Origin: an uncultured delta proteobacterium | Lineage (GTDB): Bacteria > Desulfobacterota > Syntrophia > Syntrophales > UBA2185 | Direction of reading: 5' to 3' | Assembly (NCBI GenBank): GCA_963729715.1 | Contig: CAVSPA010000001.1 | Span: 1 to 23,290 of the forward strand | DNA length: 23,290 nt | Shown: in pieces, positions 9,741-19,376 of the stretch | Layout of the letters: every line of letters starts with the position of its first letter | Position numbering within the stretch: the stretch's first letter is position 1 | Translations under genes and position numbers: made by a program | Notes under the pieces: model-generated | What the model was told of the DNA's origin: nothing | Database searches by the model: none | The model's input: only the letters and a program-made list of their open reading frames with translations

Positions 9741-11437
9741 TGAGAGAGATTCTTGCCCTCTTGAAGCCGCGCCTTTGGTCTTTTAAGAATGGAAGTTACT
9801 CAAGGGACGCAAAGAACCGCAAATTAAAGGTGCTCCTTTTCGGCACGGTGGGCCTGCTATTCTGGGCGGGAATCTTCGCCATCTTTTATCGCGTCCTCGT
9901 CTATTTCCAGGGTATCGAGGGTTTCGGTGACGTCCTGGCCCGCAAGCTCATGTCCATGGTGCTTGTGACCTTATTTTCACTGCTTATATTCAGCAGTATA
10001 ATAACTTCTCTCACGAAGCTGTATCTCAGCAAAGACCTGATTCTCGTCCACTCCATGCCTGTATCCACGGCGAAGATATTTCTTGCACGCTGGTTTGAGA
10101 GCACGATCGACAGTTCATGGATGGTCATCGTGTACATGCTGCCGGTATTTCTCTCTTACGGCATCGTATATAAGGCGGGATTATTCTTTTATATGACGGT
10201 GAGCCTGTCAGTCATCCCGCTGTGTCTCATTGCCTCAGGCATCAGCGCGGTTGCCGTAGTTCTGGTTGCCGTGATACTGCCGGCTGGCCGCCTTAGATCT
10301 TTCTTCATTTTCCTTGGCTTTGTACTGTTTTTGATTCTGCTCATGGCATTTCGTCTGATGAGACCAGAGAGGCTCGTCAATCCCGATACCTTCGCCTCTC
10401 TCATTCTCTACTTCAAGTCTCTTGAGGCGCCGGGCTCACCTTTTCTTCCGACGACGTGGATCTTCGACAGCATACAGGCCGCCCTTCAGGGACAGGTCGG
10501 CAGTGCGGCCTTCGATCTCATCCTTACCTGGACTTTTGCCGTTGCCACGATCTTTGTAATAACCTGGATTTCAGGGGCGACGTATTTCGCCGGTTATTCG
10601 AAGGCGCAGACTACAGCGGGGCGCCTGTTTCCACCTCGCGGCCGTAGGAGCCGGGAACGGACATACATCTTGAATCATCTATCAGGCGCCGTGAGGGCGT
10701 TTGCCATGAAGGAAATCAAAACTTTTTTCAGGGATCAGACCCAGTGGCCGCAGATATTTCTCATCGTTGCCTTGATTGTCATCTATCTCTACAACTTTTC
10801 CGTTCTGCCACTCGACAAATCTCCCATAAAGACAGTGTATCTTCAGAATATCTTTTCCTTCTTGAACATGGGGCTTGCGACATTTGTTCTCACTGCAGTG
10901 GCGGCGCGATTTGTTTATCCTGCCGTGAGTATGGAGGGGGAGGCCTTCTGGATTGTACGATCATCGCCTGTCAAGATACGAACGCTTCTTTGGATCAAAT
11001 TTTGCGTGTACTATGCTCCCCTTCTCATACTGACGGAAATCCTCATCGTCGTCTCCAATCTACTCCTTCACGTAACGACGTTCATGATGGTTCTCTCGGT
11101 CACGACGGTCTTTCTTATGGTTCCGGGGATTGTATCCATGGGGGTCGGTTTTGGCGCGGCCTATCCTGACTTTCAGTCCGAAAATCCCGCGCAGTCTGTA
11201 ACAAGTTTCGGCGGTCTCCTCTTCATGATTCTCTGTGCCGGTTACATTGCTACAGTTATTGTTCTCGAAGCGGGGCCGGTCTATGCAGTCTTTATGGCAG
11301 GATTTCGCGGAGGGACCCTATCCACCCTTCAGTGGATGTGGCTTGTTGTTTCTTTTTCTCTGGTTCTCCTTCTTTGCATGCTCGCCATTATAGTGCCCAT
11401 GCGCTGGGGAGAGCGTTGCCTGAGCAGAAATGATTAG
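9740..11437 (+). CDS. Putative ABC-2-type exporter permease (multi-TM)
   Basis: Start overlaps the ATPase stop (TAATG); many hydrophobic segments; KE..F.RD and S.EG.A.W....P patterns. Confidence 0.85.
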   Translation: MREILALLKPRLWSFKNGSYSRDAKNRKLKVLLFGTVGLLFWAGIFAIFYRVLVYFQGIEGFGDVLARKLMSMVLVTLFSLLIFSSIITSLTKLYLSKDLILVHSMPVSTAKIFLARWFESTIDSSWMVIVYMLPVFLSYGIVYKAGLFFYMTVSLSVIPLCLIASGISAVAVVLVAVILPAGRLRSFFIFLGFVLFLILLMAFRLMRPERLVNPDTFASLILYFKSLEAPGSPFLPTTWIFDSIQAALQGQVGSAAFDLILTWTFAVATIFVITWISGATYFAGYSKAQTTAGRLFPPRGRRSRERTYILNHLSGAVRAFAMKEIKTFFRDQTQWPQIFLIVALIVIYLYNFSVLPLDKSPIKTVYLQNIFSFLNMGLATFVLTAVAARFVYPAVSMEGEAFWIVRSSPVKIRTLLWIKFCVYYAPLLILTEILIVVSNLLLHVTTFMMVLSVTTVFLMVPGIVSMGVGFGAAYPDFQSENPAQSVTSFGGLLFMILCAGYIATVIVLEAGPVYAVFMAGFRGGTLSTLQWMWLVVSFSLVLLLCMLAIIVPMRWGERCLSRND

Positions 11438-11449
11438 CCCTCTTATCGC

Positions 11450-12124
11450 TTAGGTAAATACTGTCCAGAGAATGGCATAAAGGAGGGCGGGCATAAAGTT
11501 TCCTATCCGGATTTTGGTAAGTCCGAGTATGTTGGTTCCGATGCCTATGATGAGGAGACCGCCGGAAGCAGTGACGGCTTCGATAACGGCGGGGTTTTGC
11601 ATAAATAGAAGCTTTGAGGACAAGAGGGTGATCGAGCCCTGGACGATAAGAACAGATAGTGCGGAGAATGCTACGCCGATACCGAGGGTGGACGCGAAGG
11701 CAATTGAGGCTACCCCGTCAAGCAATGACTTTATATAGAGTATGCTCGCGTCTCCGGACGAGCCGTCCTGGATGGAGCCGACGATCATCATGGCACCGGT
11801 AAGATAAAGAACCGAAGCGGAAAGAAAGCCCTGCACGAATGTTGAAGAGTCGGAGCGGGCACGCGCCTTGAGCCATCGCCCCAAATATTCAACACCCTGC
11901 TCGATTCTCATCAACTCCCCGGTAATTGCGCCCAACAAAACACAGCCGATGATGACGATCGGCTCTTTACCGGAAAGCGCCATTTTGAAGCCTATGAATA
12001 CGACGGAAAGGCCGAGGGCCTGTACGACAATCGTCTTGATCCTTTCCGAAAGGAACCGGCCAGCGGACATCCCGATGACGCTTCCGGCAATGATGGCTCC
12101 CGTATTTACAAGCGTTCCCGTCAA
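11450..12124 (-). CDS. DUF554 (YdfK/YqgA-like) membrane protein
   Basis: MTGTLVN..AI..GS.IG start, GAM.IVGSIQDG and KS.LDG..S motifs; TTG start with GAGG RBS. Confidence 0.88.
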   Translation of the reverse strand: MTGTLVNTGAIIAGSVIGMSAGRFLSERIKTIVVQALGLSVVFIGFKMALSGKEPIVIIGCVLLGAITGELMRIEQGVEYLGRWLKARARSDSSTFVQGFLSASVLYLTGAMMIVGSIQDGSSGDASILYIKSLLDGVASIAFASTLGIGVAFSALSVLIVQGSITLLSSKLLFMQNPAVIEAVTASGGLLIIGIGTNILGLTKIRIGNFMPALLYAILWTVFT

Positions 12125-12369
12125 TGGAAAACCTCTTTCGTATGCCTATGCTTCGACATCTATATGTGGCTAGTAACCTGTTAAACAGAATGTGTCTTAT
12201 AAGGATAACGGAACTGTTTGTCAACGGATTTTGAGAAAAGCATTTTTCGTTCTTCATATTATTTCGCAAGACGGGATCAAAAAATTAGGCTTTTGATACC
12301 TCCATATTTATGTTAATTGAAACGGCGAAAGTGTGGTCATATCTTATGGACACAGGAAGAGGGTCGGGG

Positions 12370-13098
12370 ATGACAAAAGCGGTATTCATGTCTGACGCCC
12401 ATTTGAAAAATCAGGTTGATGACGGCTATCATCAACTCATGAAGTTCCTGGATTTTCCGGAGGACCATATCGACGATCTCTTTATCCTCGGGGATCTGTT
12501 CGATTTCTGGTTCTGCCGGGACAGTCGCATCTATCCGGCGTTCAGCACCGTTATCGAAAAGCTTGCCCATCTTAAGAAGAGGGGGATGCGCATCCACCTC
12601 TTCGAGGGGAACCATGATTTCTTCCTCGCAGAGTATTTTACAAAAACGCTTGGCATAACGGTCTTCACCGAATGGGCTAATATCGATTTGGATGGCAGGA
12701 GCGTACTCATATCCCACGGGGATACTATAGACAGGACGAACAAGAAGTATATTCTTCTGAGGAAACTCCTGAGGAGCGGAATATTTTATAGGGTGCAGAG
12801 GAGCATCCCTCCATCTCTCCTGTGGAAAATAGCTCGCGCCAGCTCCGCTGTGAGCAAGGAACTCACTATTCAGACGGAAACCATCATTGCAAGGAAGATG
12901 GAGGCGTTCGCGCTGAATAGATTTCACGAAGGTATTGATGCCGTAATCGTCGGTCACTGCCACATCCCGCTTTTGAAGGAATATGAGATCGGGGGACGAA
13001 GAAAAACTTTTGTAACGCTCGGCGACTGGATCAGACACTATTCTTATCTCTGCTATGAGGACGGCCGCTTCACATTATCGTATTACAAGTCGGCTTGA
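12370..13098 (+). CDS. lpxH: UDP-2,3-diacylglucosamine diphosphatase (metallophosphoesterase)
   Basis: SDAH, LGDLFDFW, GNHDF, HGD, GHCH and LGDW motifs. Confidence 0.88.
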   Translation: MTKAVFMSDAHLKNQVDDGYHQLMKFLDFPEDHIDDLFILGDLFDFWFCRDSRIYPAFSTVIEKLAHLKKRGMRIHLFEGNHDFFLAEYFTKTLGITVFTEWANIDLDGRSVLISHGDTIDRTNKKYILLRKLLRSGIFYRVQRSIPPSLLWKIARASSAVSKELTIQTETIIARKMEAFALNRFHEGIDAVIVGHCHIPLLKEYEIGGRRKTFVTLGDWIRHYSYLCYEDGRFTLSYYKSA

Positions 13099-13182
13099 CG
13101 CGTTTCCGGAAACAGGCGGGCAGCGCTGGACATGCTGCGCCGTTTATGCTAAGCATGGGACCTACTTTTCAAAGGAGCTGTG

Positions 13183-14037
13183 ATGAATTTCGGCGGAGTT
13201 GACCCTGCATTTCCATCTTTTGAAGAGTCGGCATTGATAGTCCTGCCCATTCCTTATGACCTGACATCAACGTACCAGTCCGGGTCGCGGAGAGGACCTC
13301 ATGCCATTCTTGAGGCTTCGAGCCAGATGGAACTTTACGATGAGGAGCTTTGCAAAGAGACTTATCTGGCCGGTATTTATACACTGCCGCCGCTGGAGTC
13401 CGATGCGCGCGGTCCGGGAGAGATGGTGAACGCGGTTAGGCATGCGGTCGCTGATATTCTTTCATCCGACAAGATTCCGGTGTTGCTGGGCGGTGAGCAT
13501 AGCATTTCCTTCGGCGCCGTGCAGGCGTTCAAGGAAAAGTACCCCGGCATATCCGTCTTTCAACTCGATGCACATGCGGACCTCAGAAATTATTATCAAT
13601 GCAGTCCTTACAGCCATGCGTCTGTCGGCCGCCGCATATCAGAAATCTGTCCCCTCGTCCAAGCCGGTATCAGAAGCATGAGCGCGGAAGAAGCCGCCTT
13701 TATGAAGGAGGGCAAGATAAAAACCTTTTCCGCTGATTTTATGCTTGAAGCACACAACTGGTGGGAAGAAATATGTGCAAACTTAAGTGGTGACGTCTAC
13801 ATCACTATTGATGTCGACGTTCTTGATCCTTCCGTCATGCCTTCAACCGGCACCCCTGAGCCGGGGGGCATTTACTGGAAAGACATCTTACGTATCATGA
13901 AAGAGGTATCAAAACGCTGCCTGGTACGGGGCTTTGATGTAGTTGAGCTGTCACCTATTCCCGGCATGGTTGCCCCTGATTTCATTACTGCGAAATTGAT
14001 CTATAGAATGATGGGTTATTTGACTGAGGCGAAATAG
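13183..14037 (+). CDS. speB: Agmatinase (ureohydrolase family)
   Basis: GGEHS, DAHAD, DVDVLDPS..P.TGTPEPGG and GFDVVE motifs; AAGGAG RBS. Confidence 0.92.
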   Translation: MNFGGVDPAFPSFEESALIVLPIPYDLTSTYQSGSRRGPHAILEASSQMELYDEELCKETYLAGIYTLPPLESDARGPGEMVNAVRHAVADILSSDKIPVLLGGEHSISFGAVQAFKEKYPGISVFQLDAHADLRNYYQCSPYSHASVGRRISEICPLVQAGIRSMSAEEAAFMKEGKIKTFSADFMLEAHNWWEEICANLSGDVYITIDVDVLDPSVMPSTGTPEPGGIYWKDILRIMKEVSKRCLVRGFDVVELSPIPGMVAPDFITAKLIYRMMGYLTEAK

Positions 14038-14069
14038 GCGGGAAAATTGTAAATACAGGGAGTAGACAG

Positions 14070-15128
14070 ATGCTTACGGACTACCTGCAAACTTCAGGTG
14101 CCTATGCGATTCCCCCGATTCTCGGCTTTCTTGTTCTCATATCTCTCACCTTGATTTCCCTTCTGAGGGGCGGGAAGAATCCCGCAAATAAGCTGTTTGC
14201 CGGTATCTGTCTTACAGGCGCGTTGGTCAATGCCGACATGGTACTGGTTTCAACCATTCCGGATAAGAACCTCACCCTCACTGTAGACAGGGTACTCGAT
14301 TTCTTCTTTGTCCTTGCCTTACCCGTCTATATCCAATTCATTCGTTCCTCGGCATATCGGGCCGGAGATGGTTTGTATATGCTTCCTTTCTCATCAGTTT
14401 CGTTTTCATCTTTTTTACCCCATCAGATCTTTTTATCAGCGGATTTCAGCATTACAATTTTGGAGTGATCGGCTCACGAACTTAACAACCCTCTGGCAAG
14501 TGCGTCAAGTCTCATTCAGGCTAGTGTCGAATCAGTTGGTGAGTGGGATGTCAAAGACGGAAACAGGGATGAGGTTATACAGGATCTCGCATTCTCAATA
14601 AGCGAGTTAAAGAGGGCCGGCGACATTGTGCGGAGCCTTGTGGATCTTTCACGCCAGACCCAGGTCTACGCAGAACCTGTTAACATGAATCTTGCAATCG
14701 ATGACGCGCTCAGGGTTCTGTATAATCTGTATAAACATCTGCAGATTGAAATTGAAAAAAAATAGGACAACGACCTGCCCGTAGTAGAAGGTAATTCTGC
14801 CAATCTGGGTCAGGTGTTTATGAATGTGATCAAGAATGCTGTTGAGGCGATGGGCACAGGGCATGGGAAGATCACCTTGGTGACAGAGTATAAGAAGGAG
14901 ACGGACAGTGTATTGATCGAATGCAGGGATACCGGCAAGGGGATCACGGACGATCAAATGAAAAACATATTCGACCCCTTTTAGACGACCAAGCCGGTTG
15001 GTAAGGGAACGGGACTGGGCCTTTATATTTCTCATGAGATTGTGAGATGGGCAGGCGGGACTATCTCCGTGAAAAGCGAGGAGGGCAAAGGGTCTGTCTT
15101 TTCGATAGAGCTCCCGTGCAAGCGGTGA
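14070..15128 (+). pseudogene. Decayed membrane sensor histidine kinase (TM N-terminus + HisKA + HATPase_c)
   Basis: TM N-terminus frameshifts near 14340 (the other frame continues FLGISGRRWFVY...YNFGVIG) and joins abruptly to AHELNNPL at 14472. QVFMNVIKNA, DTGKGI, IFDPF*TTK and GTGLGL follow, with in-frame TAG at 14763 and 14982 and final TGA at 15126-15128. Confidence 0.88.
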
Positions 15129-15214
15129 GATACACGAAAAATACCGAAAAATACCTTGACAAAGGGGAGGTGTTGGTTTACAAAGCTACACTAATTTGTC
15201 AAGAATCGAGATGA

Positions 15215-15291
<77 letters not shown>

Positions 15292-15300
15292 AGAGATTAC

Positions 15301-15371
15301 AAGGGGTTAGCTGATACGGCTAATCCCTTTTCTGCATTTTGGAGGGGTTTTTCTAACGGATTTCTAACGGA
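15301..15371 (+). other. att-junction-like region: hairpin plus tandem 11-bp direct repeat
   Basis: AAGGGGTTAGC/GCTAATCCCTT hairpin (15301-15329) and TTTCTAACGGA x2 (15350-15371) directly after the tRNA 3' end. Confidence 0.6.
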
Positions 15372-15521
15372 GTAAAGAACCCCGTGCTTCCGCACGGGGC
15401 ATTAAAACTCAAAATCTAACTGCTTGGGAGCTTTTCTTCATGCTTATGATACTCAATTCCTAAAGAGCGGAAACCCTTTCCTCCCCGTGCTTCCGCACGG
15501 GGTATCCAGGGTTTGATTTTC
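15372..15521. mobile_element. 150-bp non-autonomous IS200/IS605-superfamily (ISC/PATE-like) mini-element
   Basis: Two identical subterminal hairpins CCCCGTGCTTCCGCACGGGG (15380-15399, 15483-15502). Ends GTAAAGAACCCC... and ...TTCCTCCCC-hairpin-TATCC..., followed by ATGAA. No target duplication and no ORF. Confidence 0.75.
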
Positions 15522-15744
15522 ATGAAAAGTTTCCTGCAAAAGGTCAACCTGTTGCCGATTTTAAACCTCGTCGTTGAATAGAGGTCCGTAAGTGTCCATT
15601 GTAATCTTTATACTCGAGCCATTATATTTTTACGTTGTTTCAATAGAGAGGAGATTTGAGTTCAGAGTATCGTATGCAGGTAAGAGACAATTTGAACTTG
15701 TGGAAGATCTAATACCCTTTATGTGAAACAATCAGTCTTTTCCC

Positions 15745-15858
15745 GGACAGTCAGTTCCTCTCCGGGACTTTAAGTTATCTGCTTCTCTTGTCATCATTTG
15801 CTTCTTCCTTGTTAAGCGTCCGGCGATTTTGACTGGCATACTTTCTTTCAAACGGAAA
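15745..15858. repeat. Diverged island repeat, copy A
   Basis: Shares GGACAGTCA, CTCTCCGG, CTGCTTCT and CATTTGCTTCTTCCTTGT with copy B; TTTCAAACGGAAA resembles TTTCAATCGGTAA of copy C. Confidence 0.7.
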
Positions 15859-16272
15859 TCCTTATTGACTGTACTCTTGCTTTTCTGATTCAGCCCTCCA
15901 TACAACATTTCACCTTGCAAGTGCAAACTGATTCCCATTTGAGAAGGTTTATGATACCATACGAGTTATTGAACAAAGCAGTGGGAAGAGGATCTACTCT
16001 ACAAACCATGCTCATGGGCATTAGGTGAAACACAGATTAACTCCTCCCATTTTACCCCAGTTTCCCAGCTGGTACTTTATAACATTCATTAAGCCATAAG
16101 AACACAAGGTGGTGTCAATAACCGGCGCATTTCATTTTTTATTGCTCGCTCTTGAGCATAACGGGATGAAAGGTGCTACATAGACTAACTGAGCGTGAAT
16201 CGTATTTTTCGATAAATGCAAGGAGTGAACGGTCAGATAATGGTCTCTAGACCGGAAATAAGGAGATAGCTG

Positions 16273-17352
16273 ATGTCGGAAACTGGAAAAGGGGTAAAAG
16301 AGTTGTTCGAGGAAGTGATAAATCAGGGCCTGTGCACCGGATGCGGTGCCTGCATTACAGGTTGCCCATACTTGGTTGATCATGAGGGGAGAATCGTCTT
16401 GATGGACAAATGCACCGGCGGTAACGGGGATTGTTATAAGCACTGTCCGAGGACATTTCTCGATAGGGATGCAATAAGTAGGATAGTCTTTGGGAGTTCC
16501 TATGACGATGGTGAAATAGGCCAGTTTCTTGAAATCTTTATGGCTCGATCTAAGGATCCGGAAATTAGGAAAAGAGGGCAGGATGGGGGTACCGTTACGG
16601 GCCTTCTGGTCATGGCGATGGAAGAGGGCCTAATTGATGTTGTGGCTTGTGCGCGGATGAATGAGGAAAAAGTGCCGCGGGGTTATCTTGCGCGCAGCCG
16701 TTCGGAACTGCTCCATTGTGCCGGTTCGAGTTATGAAGCTTGCCTTGCCCTGCAAGCCTACCGCAGCCTTCCCAAGGACGACCTCGAAAAAATAGCGATC
16801 GTCGGCAGAGGTTGTCAAATTGAGGCCGTGGGGAAGATGAAGCAAATCCCGCCTAAAAACAGCCCCGATCCCAGGAATATTAAGTTGAGTTTGGGACTGA
16901 TATGCGGCTGGGCTCTTTCCCAGAGCGCCTTTCATCCTTACCTGAAAGGAATCTGTGAACTTTCAAATGTCAGCAAATTCGACATCCCTCACACGCCTCA
17001 CTATTCCTTTGATGTATACTTCAATAATCATCCTGATACCATGTCACTCCCCCTTGATAAAATTAAACCCTTTATCAATCCGGCCTGTTGGTTTTGTTGG
17101 GATATGACTGCTGAATTTTCAGATATTTCCGTTGGTTCAGCAGGCGCCGAATTTCCGGGATGGAATACCGTCATCGTTCGCAGCCATGTTGGGTCCGAAC
17201 TTGTCCTCTTGGCAAACAGGAAAGGAATTTTGGAGACTCGATCTTTACCGAATCACAGATTGGAAAACCTCAAAAAGGCCGCGCTCAAGAGAAAGAATGC
17301 GGCGTATGAAAATATTGTGCAAAAGACGGGGAATGACGAGGGTCTGTTATAA
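16273..17352 (+). CDS. Coenzyme F420 hydrogenase/dehydrogenase beta-subunit (FrhB/FdhB-like) FeS flavoprotein with N-terminal ferredoxin domain
   Basis: CTGCGACITGCP, GQDGG.VT, GSSY, VG.GCQ, GLICGW and CWFCWDMTAEFSDISVG motifs; AAGGAG RBS. Confidence 0.87.
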   Translation: MSETGKGVKELFEEVINQGLCTGCGACITGCPYLVDHEGRIVLMDKCTGGNGDCYKHCPRTFLDRDAISRIVFGSSYDDGEIGQFLEIFMARSKDPEIRKRGQDGGTVTGLLVMAMEEGLIDVVACARMNEEKVPRGYLARSRSELLHCAGSSYEACLALQAYRSLPKDDLEKIAIVGRGCQIEAVGKMKQIPPKNSPDPRNIKLSLGLICGWALSQSAFHPYLKGICELSNVSKFDIPHTPHYSFDVYFNNHPDTMSLPLDKIKPFINPACWFCWDMTAEFSDISVGSAGAEFPGWNTVIVRSHVGSELVLLANRKGILETRSLPNHRLENLKKAALKRKNAAYENIVQKTGNDEGLL

Positions 17353-17435
17353 TTGAGAACCCTGCCTGGCTATATTGCCGAGAGGCATTCAGGTAAAAAT
17401 GAATAATGGAACATCTATATGCAGGGAGGTAGCGA

Positions 17436-19376
17436 ATGGCGAGTATTGGATTGGATAAATCTGGAACTGAGGTGCTTTTAATGGGCAATGAGGCTGTGGC
17501 GAGAGGGGTGATCGAAGCTGGCGTGGGGGTTGCGTCTGCCTATCCCGGAAGTCCGACTTCTGAAGTGATCCCGGCTATCGCGGAAGTCGCCAAAGAAAGA
17601 AATATTTATGTCGAGTGGTCTACAAATGAGAAGGTAGCTCTCGAAGTGGCTGCTGGAGCCTCATTTGCGGGAATCCGCGGCTTTTCGGTTATGAAACAAA
17701 ATGGGGCCAATGTTGCAGCGGATTTTCTGGTAAATCTGAATATGACCGGCATCGGCAGCGCGGGGCTGGTCATTTTTATTTCTGATGATCCCGGCGGGGG
17801 AACCAGTAACAACGAAGAGGATTCCAGGACTGTGGCAAAATGGCTTGATAATCCCTTGATGGAGCCGAGCAGCGCCCAAGAAGCCAAGGAAATGATCAAA
17901 TGGGCATATGAGGTTTCGGAGGCAGTAAATCTTGTGACCTTTGTTCGCGGCGTAGGCCGGATTTCTTATACCCGGAGTAATGTCATGCTGAACGAGCTGC
18001 CCGACAAGAATAAACCAAAGCCTTTTTTCCCCGAGATCTGGGATATGAATAATCCCCGGAAAAGCAGATTCACCTCTGGTCCATTTCCGATTTTTCACAA
18101 ACCCCTCCACGAAAAGTTGGAGAAGGCGCGGACAATTTTTGAGACCTCTTCCTTCAACCGATACCTGGGACCGGAGAAACCTGAACTGTTAATAATCACC
18201 TGTGGCGCTTGCACTTCCTATTGCATTGAAGCCATGGAAGAATTGAAATTGAACGAGGAGATTGGAATCTTAAAGTTGGGGACCACTTGGCCTCTTCCGG
18301 AAAAACTAGTGGCTCGCCATCTGATCTCCGCAAGAAAAATACTCTTCGTCGAAGAGATGGATCCCTTCGTGGAACAAAGCGTGATGGAATTGGCCGCCAG
18401 TCTGCTTCCGGCAACGGCAAAACTCAGCTTCTTCGGCGCCCGCTCGGGGCACATCACCCCTTACAATGAACTGAGCACTGACATCGTCATCGATGCCTTG
18501 TCGGATATCCTGAATGTGGCTAATCGGGGACGGGACATCGCCTATGAGAATCTATCCAGGGAAGCGGCGAAACTAGTGCCACACCGTCCCATCAACATGT
18601 GCCCGGGTTGCCCACATCGGGCGACTTTTTGGGCATTAAAGCAGGCCATTACACTGGACGGCCGCAACGGTTTTCTCTGTGGCGATGTGGGTTGTTACTC
18701 GATGGGATTTTCTGAACCGGGCTTCTTTCAATCACGTACGATGCATGCGATGGGTTCGGGTGCGGGAGTGGCCAGCGGCATGGGCAAACTGAAGCAATTC
18801 GGCTTTGATCAACCCGTGCTTGCGATATGCGGCGATTCCACTTTTTTCCATGCCGCTATGCCGGCTTTGGTCAACGGCGTTTACAATAATTCAGACTTCA
18901 CGCTACTTGTCGTTGACAACAGCGCTACGGCCATGACTGGTTTTCAGCCTCATCCGGGAACGGGACAACTGGCAACCGGCGATCCGGCGACTGTGGTTAG
19001 CATAGAAGCTGTATGCAAGGCGATGGGGGCGTTTGTTGAAGTATGTGATCCCTTTGACTTGCACAAGACGACCGATGCCTTGTTGAAGATGATGAAGAAG
19101 GAGGGTGGCACAAAGGTCATCGTCATGCGCCACATGTGCCAATTAGTGAAAGATAAAAGAAGAATTGCTCGAGAATATAAGATGCACGTGGATCCATCAA
19201 GATGCTTGGCGGACAACTGCGGCTGCAATCGGCTCTGCACGCGACTCTTCGGATGTTCCGGACTGATGGTGGATAATGAAAGCGGCAAGGCGGTTATAGA
19301 CGAGGCGCTTTGTGCCGGATGCGGGCTGTGTTCGAGCATTTGCCCGGCGAATGCAATAATCAAGGAGGCCAACTGA
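17436..19376 (+). CDS. iorA: Indolepyruvate:ferredoxin oxidoreductase-family alpha subunit
   Basis: LMGNEAVARG, YPGSP.SE, WSTNEKVALE, MCPGCPHR, GDVGCY, GDSTFFH, TAMTG.QPHPG and C-terminal CAGCGLC...CP. Confidence 0.93.
   Translation: MASIGLDKSGTEVLLMGNEAVARGVIEAGVGVASAYPGSPTSEVIPAIAEVAKERNIYVEWSTNEKVALEVAAGASFAGIRGFSVMKQNGANVAADFLVNLNMTGIGSAGLVIFISDDPGGGTSNNEEDSRTVAKWLDNPLMEPSSAQEAKEMIKWAYEVSEAVNLVTFVRGVGRISYTRSNVMLNELPDKNKPKPFFPEIWDMNNPRKSRFTSGPFPIFHKPLHEKLEKARTIFETSSFNRYLGPEKPELLIITCGACTSYCIEAMEELKLNEEIGILKLGTTWPLPEKLVARHLISARKILFVEEMDPFVEQSVMELAASLLPATAKLSFFGARSGHITPYNELSTDIVIDALSDILNVANRGRDIAYENLSREAAKLVPHRPINMCPGCPHRATFWALKQAITLDGRNGFLCGDVGCYSMGFSEPGFFQSRTMHAMGSGAGVASGMGKLKQFGFDQPVLAICGDSTFFHAAMPALVNGVYNNSDFTLLVVDNSATAMTGFQPHPGTGQLATGDPATVVSIEAVCKAMGAFVEVCDPFDLHKTTDALLKMMKKEGGTKVIVMRHMCQLVKDKRRIAREYKMHVDPSRCLADNCGCNRLCTRLFGCSGLMVDNESGKAVIDEALCAGCGLCSSICPANAIIKEAN

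Larger units (their letters stand above)
15297..15617 (-). pseudogene. C-terminal remnant of a tyrosine recombinase/integrase facing the tRNA, interrupted by a mini-IS
   Basis: Minus strand reads SSIKITMDTYGPLFNDEV*NRQQVDLLQETFH, resembling the GHSSI.IT.D.YGH catalytic-Tyr box. With 15372-15521 removed it continues in frame SVRNPLEKPLQNAEKGLAVSANPL* to the stop at 15297. Confidence 0.75.

Noticed and set aside
15380..15502. Two identical 20-nt palindromes as a possible mini-CRISPR
   Set aside because: Only two copies, an 83-nt interval and no cas genes; the flanks fit IS200/IS605-type ends better.
15732..15938. 68-aa minus-strand ORF spanning repeat A (and the 72-aa ORF 21368-21586 spanning repeat C)
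   Set aside because: Frames are not preserved between repeat copies (stop in B, indel between C and D), and the second ORF crosses the intron boundary; not supported as genes.
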